DNA of 64,000 nucleotides from Octopus sinensis (lineage: Eukaryota): positions 1,364,001 to 1,428,000 of the forward strand of contig NC_043015.1 in assembly GCF_006345805.1 (NCBI RefSeq), written 5' to 3'. Below the pieces are notes generated by a model. That model had not been told where the DNA came from and did no database searches. It saw nothing but the letters and a program-made list of their open reading frames with translations. How positions within the stretch are numbered: position 1 is the stretch's first letter; every line of letters begins with the position of its first letter. Of the stretch, positions 52,027 through 64,000 are shown in pieces. Made by a program: the position numbers and the translations under genes.

Positions 52027-52258
52027 GTAAGTCCAAAGCCGATAGCTGCGGGAATAATATGTGCGACGACGGATTTACAGAGTAACTAAGTTTTGGAGAA
52101 GACAATTCTTAATGAATATAATGCATGGAGGCGGTATTACATCATTCCAATATGTTGTAGAACTTGTGTCTGGAGAAACGGTAAGAGGTGACAAAACAAG
52201 AAAGAACTTCTGGCGGACAGTGCGTGTACATTCAAAAGAAACATTGGACGATTTTGAA

Positions 52259-52866
52259 GGCGGCGTGCTGGCAGAAAGGTTAACACGCCGGGCGAAATGT
52301 GTAGCCGTATTCAGTCTGCCGTTACGTTCTGAGTTCAAATTCCGCCGAGGTCAACTTTTCATTTCATCCTTTCAGGGTCGATTAAATAAGTACCAGTTAT
52401 GCACTGCGGTCGATATAATAGACTTAATCCGTTGTTCTATCCTTGTTTGTCCTCTCTGTGTAGCCCCTTGTGGGCAGTAAAGAAACAAAAAACGTTTGCA
52501 CGACGGGCGAAATGCTCAGCGGTATTTCGGCTGCCGTTACGATTCTGAGTTCAAATTCCGCCGAGATCGACTTTACCTTTCATCCTTTCGGGGTCGATTA
52601 AATAAGTACCAGTTACCCAGTGGGGTCGATATAATTGACTTATTCTGTTTGTCTGTCCTTGTTTACCCTCTCTGTGTTTAGCCCCTTGTGGGTTGTAAAG
52701 AAATAGGTATTTCGTCCGTCGCTACGTTCTGATTTCAAATTAGGCTGAGTTCGACTTTGCCTGTCGTTCATTTGGGGTCGATTAAATAAGTACCAGTTAC
52801 GCACTGTGGTAGATATAATTGACTTATTCTGTTTGTCCTCTCTGTGTTTAGCCCCTTGTGGGTCGA
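52259..52866 (+). mobile_element. SINE-A head-to-tail trimer
   Basis: Restarts at AAACGTTTGCACG (~52490) and GGTATTTCGTC (~52706). Confidence 0.88.
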
Positions 52867-53089
52867 CTAAATACGCACCACTTACGCACAAACATACACA
52901 CACATATAAAAGCATACACACACAGATGATGCATGTATGAGTGCACGTATGTATGTATGTATTTATGCATGCCTATTTGCTTTTTTATGACACATATGGT
53001 GCATTTTACTAATTTATACACACTATTTGATATCAATAATCAGTAACAGCAACAAATGCCGCGTCGAATCAAAATAAGCATCTGCTGCT

Positions 53090-53320
53090 AACCGTGTAAA
53101 TCTGCTGTCATTTCTCGCTACATTTACGATTGGTCCAAAATGTCGTTGGATGTGAAAAACATTGTCAAAAATTGCTTACAAGTAAAGCCACACGGTCTCC
53201 CGTAAAGATAAAGATATCATTAGTACGTGATAGATTCTTATCTCAATGATTTCCTTGCTATGACCTTTGAGGAAATGTTGAACTGTGAATATAATGACAC
53301 GCTGGTGCATGATATGAGGT
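53090..53320 (+). mobile_element. Gypsy/Ginger-type integrase remnant
   Basis: SRYIYDWSKMSLDVKNIVKNC at ~53115-53175 resembles the integrase zinc-binding YYWP.M..DV...V..C. Confidence 0.5.
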
Positions 53321-53580
53321 AAGTTATCTGTTATGATATCGATTTTAGCAGTCTTTAACCCTTGATTTTATTCAAATATTGATTTCTAACATAGAAAATA
53401 TGGGGCAGATTTTGTGAGCGGATATTGCTTTAAGTTGAGGAGATTTTTAACTGTAGAAGAGCGAAAAGTATATTTATACCGAGAAGGATTTCAATGATTT
53501 CAACAAATATAACAAAGACACATAGTTAAGCATCGTATGTTTGGCACTTTACGTAAAGATAAATACATCATTAGTATTAT

Positions 53581-53810
53581 AGGCGCAGGAGTGGCGGTGT
53601 GGTAAGTAGCTTGCTTACCAGCCACATGGTTCAGGGTTCATTCCCACTGCGGGACACCTTGGGAAAGTGTCGTCTACTATAGCCTCGGCCGACCAAAACC
53701 TCGTGAGTGGATTTGGTAGACGGAAAATGAAAGGAGCCCGTTGTATGTATGTATATATATATATATATATGTATGTATATGTATGTGTGTCTGTCTCTGT
53801 GTTTGTCCCC
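53581..53810 (+). mobile_element. SINE-B 5' half
   Basis: AGGCGCAGGAGTGGCGGTGTGG head through GTTTGTCCCC. Confidence 0.88.
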
Positions 53811-54457
53811 CAATAATAATAGTAATGTTTAAGATCAAACTATCATATTATAGTCAAATTACATTTAAAACAAACTTCAAATTCTTTTATTTGCTACAGG
53901 ACACATTACATGAGTGGAGGTACATCTCAAAAAGAGGCTAAAGTTTTATGCGTGGACATCCACAAAAGATAAGGAAGGAGAAATGATAAAGAGCATGAAA
54001 TAATAACAAAAAAATCTATGTTCATAGAATATGGAACTAGTTAAAAGATGAATGATGCACTTCTGATACAGGAGAAATCCTAAACAAGGACAAGCAGGAA
54101 CCCGCACTAATCTAGGGTCACCTTGAGCACCAAGGCCACTATCCCTCAATCAAATGATTTTCCTGCATTTAATAATAAATCATCGTCAGCGTTATCGTCG
54201 TCCTTGTGATCAACATATGAACGTCATCATGTGTTGTGACCTTGTCTGATTTTCGCGGCAACTACATTCTTCTATTTGAAAGCTATCGCCTTCAAGGAAA
54301 AATAATTTGAGTGGTCTCTTGTACGATGATTCAGGCTCACACACACGCACACATACACACACGCATACGCACACACTCGCACAAACACACACAGAGATTT
54401 GTGTGTATATATATATCGAAATGTATATATATATATATATATGTGTGTGCATAAAGT

Positions 54458-54633
54458 AGGCGCAGGAGTGGCTGTGTCGAATGTAACTTGTTTACCAACC
54501 ACATGGTTCCGGGTTCAGTCCCACTGCGTGGCACCTTAGGCAAGTGTCTTCTACTATAGCTTCGGGCCCACTAATGCCTCGTGAGTGGATTTGGTAGACG
54601 GAAATTCAAAGAAGGCCGTCATATTTATGAATG

Positions 54634-54670
<37 letters not shown>

Positions 54671-54845
54671 TGTGTGTGTGTGTGTGTGCGTGTGTGTGTG
54701 TGTGTGTATGTGTGTGTCTGTGTGTCTGTGTGTATGTGTGTGTGTGTGTGTATGTGTGTGTGTGCGTATATGTTTGTGTGTCTGTGTTTGTCCCCACAAC
54801 ACCGCTTGACAACCGATCCTGGTGTGTTTACGTCCCCATACATTT
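54458..54845 (+). mobile_element. SINE-B, 3' truncated, expanded (TG)n
   Basis: Consensus match up to TTTACGTCCCC. Confidence 0.88.
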
Positions 54846-54959
54846 CTTAGGTTGTATGTATCGTCTACAGGTGTCTAATCTTAATATTTCCTCGCAAGAA
54901 AATGTTCCGATACATATATATCGATACACTAAAATATCTTTGTGCTCCCTTCAGATGAA

Positions 54960-55400
54960 CAATCAAAGGTATTACCAAAGTTTACACCTGATGGCAAAAT
55001 GGCGAAAGAATGTAAGTGGGTCGTCTAAGACTTGAATATTTTATTCATACAAGAGTGCTTCTGTTTCTTTTTAGGCATGTAAATATGTTATTCCTTCATT
55101 TCACTGCCTAATATCAGGAGCCGTGTGTAATCTGGTAACGTTTTTCATTGCGACGTACAACCACTAAAACAATAAATATATCATCACAATATTGAAAGCA
55201 ATAAATAAATTCATTGTCCCTTGCCCGAGAAGGATTTGGGCCCATAATCAGAGACCAAAAGACCAAATCTGGAGAAAATCTCGTGCTAAAATGTTTATTG
55301 TTCAAATTAAAAAGCTACAATACGCATCGGATCATAGAAACCTTCGTAACAGCAGTATGATGATACTCTGCAGCACATAGATAATAAGTTATTAATTATT
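54960..55400 (+). mobile_element. Gypsy-type integrase remnant
   Basis: RYY..MAKWRKNVSG (54967), then ~50 codons later NNKYIITILKAINKFIVPCP (55168), matching the zinc-knuckle to NKYILV.ID.F.KF spacing. Confidence 0.55.
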
Positions 55401-56699
55401 GTCGTTTTAATTCCATTAAACTATATTTCTAATCATTCCAAGAGCGATAAAATTAATTCTAGGTATGTACTGAAGCTAGATTAAACATTCAGATCTTTGA
55501 TTAATAAATTGTACTAAAATAATATTGAATTTGGGATAAATCCGCCAAATACACATACCTATGAATTAAGTACAAGTTAAGTAGTGAGGTTGGGATGAGC
55601 TTTCAAGATACCTAGAAGCATAAAATATGAACCGGTTAATTATTAAGTTTAGGGTACTACTTAACTAAGAGACGAGAACGGTTTGAAATTTGATGGATAA
55701 AATTTGTACGAGTTACTTCCTGAATTTAGGTAGCTTAATATTCAGGGTTACCAGATCGATAAAGTAAGTACTAGACAAATACTGAGATTGGTTTATATCT
55801 TACTTAGCACATATGTTATTGATCTCAAATCTGTGATCGTTAAAATATGTTCTAGTTAAATATCAAAATCGATTTTTTTTCATTATAAACTTCCTGTATC
55901 TGTGTTTATTGGCGACATTAATATATTCATCAATTCCTTGACGAGACTAGATTAATATTCGCTTCATTTCTTTCCTCCAAATAACAGAAAAAATAATTAA
56001 TTAAGCATCCAATTAAGGCATATAGTCCTTCATAAAGTATATATTTACTTCTATTTGTTGCTTCACAACAAACATTGTTGGGCTTCCTGTGCATTTCATT
56101 CTTTCGGGGTCGTTAAAGATATGAAACATTGATTTATCAGGATTCAGCTAAATCATAGCAACCGAACGCAATTCCTTGCTTTGTACGAAAATAAGGGTAT
56201 TACTCCGTTATTCTTATAATTGTTTCAGTCATCGAGCGGCGGCTATGCTGATGACACAACCTCAAAACGAGCTTTTCGATTCGATCGATCCTAGTGTGCA
56301 TGTATGTTCTAAACTTATTTCTTTGTCGAAACACTAGGTTCTAAAAATTAGCACGAGTCATCAGGCGGTGAGAGACAAAGATGTAAGTACACACACACAC
56401 ACACCACACACACACACATACACAAGCAAACAAACACTCTATGCCCAAACATAGATACACACTGACAGACACATATGTATATATATATATATGTGTGTAT
56501 GTATGTATGTATGCATGCATGTATGTATTTATGTATGCACGATATTTTGGAAAGAAAGCCCTATCATATTTCGAACGTGGAAAGAAAGAAGGTGTTACTG
56601 GTCTTAATAAACATAATTAATCAAGATAACTTTTCCGTTTATTACTGATTATATAACCCTGACTCTTTAGCCAGTTGTTGATCTCCGGGGCGTGAAAGT

Positions 56700-56990
56700 T
56701 CTTCAGGTTTCCCAGAAAATAAATTCTCAAAACTATATTTTTAACCTCTTCAGAACATTCAAGTTAGGTTGAAACGATCGAAAAAGATATTCACAGGGAG
56801 CAAAGTCAGGAGAATAGGGAGGATGAGGTGATATTACCATATTTAGTGCAATACTCTTGCACTGCGTGGCCTGAGGAATATACCGCTTTGTAATGCCGTG
56901 TAAAGAGCAACACAACTTTAAGACTGACCATAGTTGGCATTTTTTTCTGCGAATTAGTTTTGCAGTGCTTCCAATTCACGACAACATTTC
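56700..56990 (-). mobile_element. Mariner transposase 3' fragment
   Basis: PHPPYSPDFAPCEYLFRSF in ORF 56733..56915. Confidence 0.85.
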
Positions 56991-56994
56991 TCCG

Positions 56995-57335
56995 TATTAA
57001 TGAAAGGCAAAGGCGACCTCAGCGGAATTTGATCTCAGACGAAATACCACTAAGCATTTCGTCCGGCGTGATAACACTTCTGCCAACTCGCCGCCTTATG
57101 ACTTAGTACTAATAGCATCATTCAAAGCAGCGAGCGGGCAGAATCATTAGTATGCCGGACAAATTGCTTAGCGGCATTTCGTCCGTCTTAACGTTCTGAG
57201 TCCAAATGCCATCGAGATCCCTTTCTTCCTTTCAGGGTCGATAAAATAAATACCTGTTGAGCACTGGGGTCGATTGCAATTCCCTAACCAACCCCGCCCC
57301 AAAATAGCTGACCTTGTGTCAAAATTTGAAAACAT
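56995..57335. mobile_element. Head-to-head SINE-A pair (minus 56995-57097, plus 57128-57335)
   Basis: Two heads ~30 bp apart in opposite orientation. Confidence 0.8.
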
Positions 57336-57389
57336 GAAGAGTACCTTGTGTTCCTAAATGCTCTGGGTACCTGTGTTGTCGCTTGCACG

Positions 57390-57520
57390 TCTCCACAGCC
57401 TGTCGATCATCGTACCATTTAACGAGCTGAATATCAGTGTTGAAACAGATGCAGGGAGGAAGGGTTGCACCAGAAGTCGGCTGGTTCTCTTTATTCATTG
57501 AGCAAAATTGATCTACACGA
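57390..57520 (+). mobile_element. Possible Gypsy RNase H remnant
   Basis: LHSLSIIVPFNELNISVETDAGRKG resembles LTS.P.L..F......ETDAS..G; EVGWFS follows in another frame. Confidence 0.4.
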
Positions 57521-58143
57521 AATAAAGTGTCACTTGTTCAAAGATAAAAAAAAAAAACGTGCCGTCTCGTCTAAGAATCAAATCCATGGTTTTCCTGTGG
57601 AAGACTGGGGAAAAGTAACAACAATATTTTTGGTGGGGCACAGATGTGACCTCTCTTAGAGTATATCTTTATTTATTTTCTGTCTCAGGAATGTTATATG
57701 TGTACGCCTGACAGAGGATTTGATGTAGACGTTCTGACATCTAATCCAAGAGTGGAAAATATATATCTATGAAATGCTATAAGTGTGTACTTGTGTGTTT
57801 GAATTTTCATGAGTTTGTGCATATTGTTCTTCTGGCATGTGTAGGTGCGTGAAAGAGAGGGAGAGAGAGAGAGAAGTGAGAGTTTGCGGAGGGAGGAAGA
57901 GAAGGAGAACGAAAGCAGGCCCCCCTCTGTCTGTATATCTAACTATTTATTTCTCTATCTATCAATCTATCTCTCTCTCTATATATATATGTATATATTT
58001 GTTCGTATGTGTGCTTATCTGTGTGTGTGAGTGTGACATTGAGACTATTAACGTGCAATTGTTACATATAAAACCTGGAAAGACCACAACAGTTATACAC
58101 GTATACAGGTACACACAAACACACACACACATGCACACACATA

Positions 58144-58197
<54 letters not shown>

Positions 58198-59089
58198 TAT
58201 GTATATATATCAAGTGTCTGCCAGAGACAGAAATAGTTTGGTAGATGTATGTGTATATATACGTAGACAGACATAAACCTACCTAACTAAGCTAAGCTTA
58301 GTCCATAATCTTGATCTACACTGAATACGCAACGAAAGATCACATCTGAAACCTCGCAAAGTCACGTTGCATTTAATCTACTCAGGTGGCATGTCGACTT
58401 CCTGTCTAGTGATTTTACTGTCCCAAACAATGATATTCGAAATAAAAAAGAAATGCATTTACAATTTCTTTAAATGTAGTGAGTGTTGAGATTTTTCTTC
58501 TTGTTTCTTAGTAAATTCAGGATCCACGCTGCTTGGGGCAGACTGTTTGGTAATAATTACCTGGATTTGTGATTAGGTTTACAAGGCGTGTATTTGTAGC
58601 TTTTCATGGTGTTTGCTGTTGCTGAATAGATAATATATGCATAATGTGTGACTGCAGATGCTTTACGGAGGCTAAGATGCGATTATGGTCATAAATTTTA
58701 TTCAATATTGTGTTAGGTTTACCTTGTTATTGATATGAATACGAACCAGATCTCGTGTGGGATTTAATTTCTTATGTTTGCGTCTAGTCTATGAGAGTGA
58801 GAGTACGGTTAATCATTTCTCATCTGCTTAATCACCGTGATCAAGAAGCTCACTTTGTCACTACGTGTTTTGGCTTCAGTCCCACTGTATAGCACCTTGA
58901 GCAAGTGTGTCGTCTGCTGTCACTAAGAAACAATCAATGCTTTGAAGGTAAATTTGCTTGACGAAAACTGTCTGAAAGCCCGTCTCAATTATATACATGC
59001 ACACAAATAAGTACAGTGATTTGGGCTGAATTTAATAGGTTACATGAAACGAAAAGAAAATCTCGCATCTCTTTCAATACTATCAACAA

Positions 59090-59500
59090 AATTATAGCAG
59101 ATCATAACAGTTTACTCAATGTAGCCGCCCCCAGCTTCAACCACACTCTCAAACGATTCCGGAACCTAGTGCATGCGTTCCTTATTGTGTTTCTAGGAAG
59201 ATCTTTAAAAGATCCTTTGATCTTGGCCACCGGATCGACTGTGGTGCTTCCGGCAGACAGACTGATATCTTTCTCGACCACAGTCCACACATCTTAATCC
59301 AAGGGAATTACAAACGGTGGAATTAGGAAGCCAAACTTTTTGGGTAGTGAAGATATAGAAATTTTCCGACAATCACTATTAAAGCAATTTTTAAAGGTAG
59401 GTCTAGGAGCCGAATCCTGCTACCACACATGGTCTTCCAGAAGCCATCTTTGCCCTATCAGGGTTCGATCATAGCCTCCAGCAGCTTCACATAGCCGTCT
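59090..59500 (-). mobile_element. maT/DD37D-type Tc1-mariner transposase C-terminal remnant
   Basis: W*QDSAP..PLD*DVWTVVEKD..KIKGSFKDLPRNTIRNACTRFRNRL. Confidence 0.8.
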
Positions 59501-60789
59501 GAACTGAGCCTAAAACCTGGTTCAATGATGTGCAACAGCATGACACCACCTTCACTGCACACCTACAAAGACTATCACGTTTGAGGGAACCTGGTTTTTA
59601 TGATGTCTGAGTCACATCATACACTTTTTGCAGTGTCTACAGAGCATGGAGCAGAGAATGGTGTCAATATTTTGATACCCGCGTGACTCAGATAACTATT
59701 TTCCAGTAATTAGATGGCATCGAGTTCACTATGTCTGCTAAATCTTTTTTTTAACTATAACTTTAATCTTTATGTTATCCGACTCCGTTCACAGTCCTCA
59801 AATACATGAAGCCGTTCCCTGAAAAGAGAGTCAAAAATCGCCAAATTTAAACCGAAAACACCGTTTGACAACCGGTCTTGATTTCTTTAGGTCCCCGCGA
59901 ATTACAGGTTCGTCAAATCGCATCGATAGAAGAAGTACCAGATTTTAAATAGAAAAGCAAAGTATGTACGGGTATATATATGTATATAAATTATAAATGC
60001 CAAGAGAAATAGTGTAATGAAATTTATTTTTCGTGTGATGTTTTAACTTTAGCTCTTCGTCAGTAAAACAGAGGACTTCATATATATTTATATATATACA
60101 CAAACACATACACACATATATATATATATATATATGCATATATGTATACATATATATATACGTACAGATATATATGTATATATATGTGTGTGTATGTATA
60201 TGTATGTGTGTGTTGTGTATGTATTTAAGAATGTATGTATGTATATTTATATTTACAAACAAAAGATATCAAACATATTATAGTAATGGAGCTATGCTTG
60301 TTTCATAGAAAGTGTTATAATTAAGACAGATTGATTGAGTACTTGTCCTATGCACAATTCAACAAATCGTAATTTCCTTTAATAAAACAAAAATCAATTA
60401 CTATGGTATAATAACATTGACACAAACACTTTAGAGCTTCTTATCTCATTAAATGTTCGTCTTGTTGATATTGATGTGTTCATTGTCGCGTCTTCTGAAT
60501 CTATCACTTCTTATGTAAGTTTATGACCATAACAGTTAACTCCATAGACATAGGCAGAAAATATTCAAACGTCAAGTATTTATTTTTTATCACGATACTC
60601 AACGTAGTCTCTGATATCAGCTTGCTTACGCATTCAGTATGTTTCCACAGAAATTTGGTTGCTATTTCTAAAACTTATATACACCAGTTTCAAATCCTTC
60701 TATATATACGTATGAATGTATGTATGTATATATGTATATATGTATGTATGTATATATGTATGTATTTATGTATGTATGTATGTATGTAA

Positions 60790-61380
60790 GGGTTTTTGTA
60801 CGGTTTCATCAGATATGTCCCAGACACATTCTGAATGTTGCCTGGAGCTTAAAAATTCCAGACACACTGGTCCTGAGGACAGCTGATATCTTGAGTATTG
60901 AGGCAATGGTGCGCAAGCAGCGGTTACATTGGACTGGACATCTTATTAAGATGAAGGATAGCATGATCCCTAAGCAGATGCTATATGGGGAACTTGTGAA
61001 TGGAAAGAGACCCCGGCAGAAACCAAGGCTGCGATTTAAGTCCTCATTAAAGGCCTGTGATATGCAGGAGACTAACTAGGAGACCAATGCCTGTCATCGT
61101 CTCAGATCGAGGAAGCAGGTTAAGAGTGGGGTCGACACTTTTGAGAGAGCTCGTATTCAGCCTGAAGAAATTAATCATGCTTTGCGAAAGCGCATTGCTG
61201 GTGTAGTGAATGGGGAAAGCTTGGTCTGCAATGTTTTCAGTCGTGTATGCTTGTCAAGAGCAGGGCTCATTAGCCACTAACGAAGCCACAAATAGAAAAT
61301 ATAAGTTAGTCCTAGAGCGCACAATGTTCCTGGAGGTCAGCAATGGTCTTCTTCGGTCACGATTGGACGGCTATCATCAT
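60790..61380 (+). mobile_element. RTE LINE 3' end
   Basis: RFHQICPRHILN..QRLHWTGHLIKMKDSMIPKQMLYGEL..KPRLRFK; terminal CNVFSRVCLSRAGLISH; 3'UTR ending (CAT)n. Confidence 0.9.
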
Positions 61381-61522
61381 GAATGTATGTATGTGTGTTA
61401 CTATTTAGTTGCATTTCAAGATTTCTTGCCGATATAGAAAAAACCCAGTTTCTAATCTTGATCCAAAGCACTCTCTTTGGAATTTCAACAACATAAACAG
61501 GATATTTTCTATGTATCTATGA

Positions 61523-61557
<35 letters not shown>

Positions 61558-62249
61558 TGTATGTATGTATGTATGTATGTATGTATGTATTTATGTGTGT
61601 GTGTTTGTGTATGCATGTATATGTGCTGACCGCGTGTGTTGTTTTATGTATGTATTCTCATGCATATAGTTGCATATCTAGACATGCTCATATATACTTA
61701 AATGATAAACTTCTGGAAAGCTTTAGAGATTTTTACAGTTCCAGTGGTAGGTTGGACCTGTAGTCTTCGTATAAGCTTTCTCCTCTCTGGTTTTGAGAAC
61801 CCTAAACCTGAAAACCTAAAGCTAAAACCCAAACGCACGAACGATGTCATAAATAACAGTGACAAACGAAATATGCACCGCCGGAATTTGTTGCTGACAA
61901 ACAACAGCAGTCATTTTATTCAGCTGAATACACGTCATTGATTGGTTGAAATTACCGAATTACGACAAATTTAACGCAAAATAACTTTGAAAAATACAAA
62001 CTTTTCTCAACGACACTAAGCCTAAAAGATGTTTTATAAGGCACATTCTACCAGTGTCCGAAGTTTGAAAATGTTTATTTACAAAAAATTAATTTCTCGA
62101 TCTGCCGTTCCAAGGGAAATGATCCGTATGTTACATATCTGAAGGCCCCAATAATCACATGTATTAACTGAACTTGTAATCTGGATAGTGTAGCTGGATA
62201 GAGACAATAATTAAGCGACGGTATTACTGGGTAATGAGTTACAACCATC

Positions 62250-62335
<86 letters not shown>

Positions 62336-62438
62336 GTCTGTCTATCTATCTATCTAGCTAGCTATCAATCTACATATCTTTCGTTGTATATTTAAATATG
62401 CACTTGCCTATTTTATCTATCTCTATCTATCTATATAT

Positions 62439-62507
<69 letters not shown>

Positions 62508-62530
62508 CATCCGTCTATTTATCTATCTAT
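62250..62530. repeat. (ATCT)n microsatellites
   Basis: Direct reading. Confidence 0.95.
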
Positions 62531-62807
62531 TCTAAAATAATACTCAGGATGATCGACAGATTTCACGTACGATTTACGACCGATAGGAAACCATTATGAC
62601 ATACGGATATATTTAAAGTACATATAATTCCGGATTATAAAAGTGTCACCATTAATATTTAAATATTTCTCTCTATTTTAGGTGATAACTTCAAAACAAG
62701 TTCTTTGTTCCAGAATTAGATTCGCTGTTTCCAGTATGCACTTTAATTTATTCCTAACCAGTTTGCACGGAAAATAAATCATCATCATCATCAACATCAT
62801 GATGCTC

Positions 62808-62846
<39 letters not shown>

Positions 62847-62849
62847 TTA

Positions 62850-63465
62850 ATCGCGTGCCTTCACTGCACTATCGAGCGCAGCTCTGTGTGACTTGGGTAT
62901 GTGATGTGGTTTGTTGTGGTGCTCGTATTTTCAATGCACTGAAAGTGTTTTATGTAAGATGTGTGCGGTAACATATACTTGTAAGTCCTGGTGTTTTTGG
63001 TATTTTTTTTGTATCATACCTAATGCGCCCACTATGATAGGAATTGTCTCTGTTTTTAGGCGCCTCATTCGAATTACCTCTATTTCTAGATTTTTTTTTT
63101 ATTTTGATAGTTTCTCCATTTCTTTTAAAGAAACTTTGTCATCTCTTGGTATTGATACATCACTTAAAATATAATTTTTTCTTGATGATCTATGACAACT
63201 AATATCTGGCCTATTGGCCTTAATTTCTCTATATGTGTGTATTAGCATATCCCATAGCATGGTTGCTTTCTCCTTTTCTGTGACCTTTTCTGGCGTGTAC
63301 TTATACCATCATTTTTCTGTTGTTATTCCATAGTCTTGGCATAGCTTCCACTGTATATAGGTCCCAAATTTGTCGCGTCTGTGAATATATTCCTTTATAG
63401 CCAGGACTGAGCAGCCAGATAATATATGATTTATTGTTTCTTCTCCATCAACTCATAACCTGAAG
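62850..63465 (-). mobile_element. Dong/R4-like LINE: zinc knuckle, restriction-like endonuclease and 3'UTR
   Basis: EETINHILSGCSVLAIKEYIHR..LWDMLIHT..KANRPDI..ETIPIIVGALG; UTR abuts (TAA)n at ~62810-62848. Confidence 0.88.
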
Positions 63466-63810
63466 TTACATCGACCCCCAGTGCGTAACTGGTACTTATA
63501 TAATCGACCCCGAAAGGATGAAAGGCAAAGTCGACCTCGGCGGAATTTGAACTCAGAACGTAACGGCACACGAAATACCTATTTCTTTATTACCCACTAG
63601 GGGCTAAACATAGAGGAGACAGACATGGACAGACATAGGTATTAAGTCGATTATATCGACCCCAGTGCTTAACTGGTACTTAATTTATTGACCCCGAAAG
63701 GATGAAAAGCAAAGTCGACCTCGGCGGAATTTGAACTCAGAGCGTAACGGTAGATGAAATGCCGCCAAGCATTTCGCTCGTCGTGTTAACGCTTCTGCCA
63801 GCTCGCCGCC
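63466..63810 (-). mobile_element. SINE-A dimer
   Basis: Full unit 63580-63810 followed by a unit restarting at GGTATTTCG. Confidence 0.88.
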
Positions 63811-64000
63811 TTCCTCATATATTATTCTATAACTTAAATACTATGAAGGTGCGGCACAGCTGGCAACACAACTCCTCAGTGTAGTTTAATCCAATACATT
63901 AGAGTCTTAATATGCTATCACATACAAAATAGATTTTTACGTATAAATTTTTTTATCATTTTTACGTATTTGTAAATATATATAACTTGAAAAAGTGAAA

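Noticed and set aside
53230-53318. DSYLNDFLAMTFEEMLNCEYNDTLVHDM ending at GTAAGT, superficially DEG/ENaC-like
   Set aside because: Weak acceptor, short similarity, and it directly follows an integrase zinc-knuckle remnant
54955-55011. Apparent 57-nt symmetric coding exon
   Set aside because: Another frame gives RYY..MAKWRKNVSG with the integrase core at the expected distance, so a Gypsy relic explains it better; kept only as an exonisation candidate
61795-61835. AACCCTAAACCTGAAAACCTAAAGCTAAAACCC telomere-like tract
   Set aside because: Too short and degenerate to call an interstitial telomere; probably part of an unclassified repeat

Overview
AT-rich, repeat-dense eukaryotic DNA, very probably from an octopus or other coleoid cephalopod (inferred from the SINE families, the microsatellite density and the LINE/DNA-transposon mix). 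No intact protein-coding gene is supported: almost every ORF in the track is a microsatellite translation or a transposon remnant. Contents: four tRNA-headed SINE families (my labels A-D, dozens of copies); decayed LINEs (RTE, Tx1/L1, Dong/R4); mariner, maT, hAT and piggyBac-like DNA elements; Gypsy-type pol fragments; Penelope-type termini; and one 100-N gap. Three signals are not visible in the ORF track. (1) A heavily frameshifted, apparently largely intronless remnant of a two-cassette Ski2-like helicase (ASCC3-like) spans about 5.2-13.75 kb. (2) A composite tRNA-head/(AAT)n/hammerhead-like element (SINE-D) has one copy with an inverted tail duplication, suggesting a Penelope-mobilised SINE. 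(3) The 3' tail of the commonest SINE (A) matches the 3' end of a Tx1-clade LINE in the same window. All protein-family assignments come from manual translation compared with remembered motifs and need tblastn or HMM confirmation. Coordinates of decayed elements are approximate.
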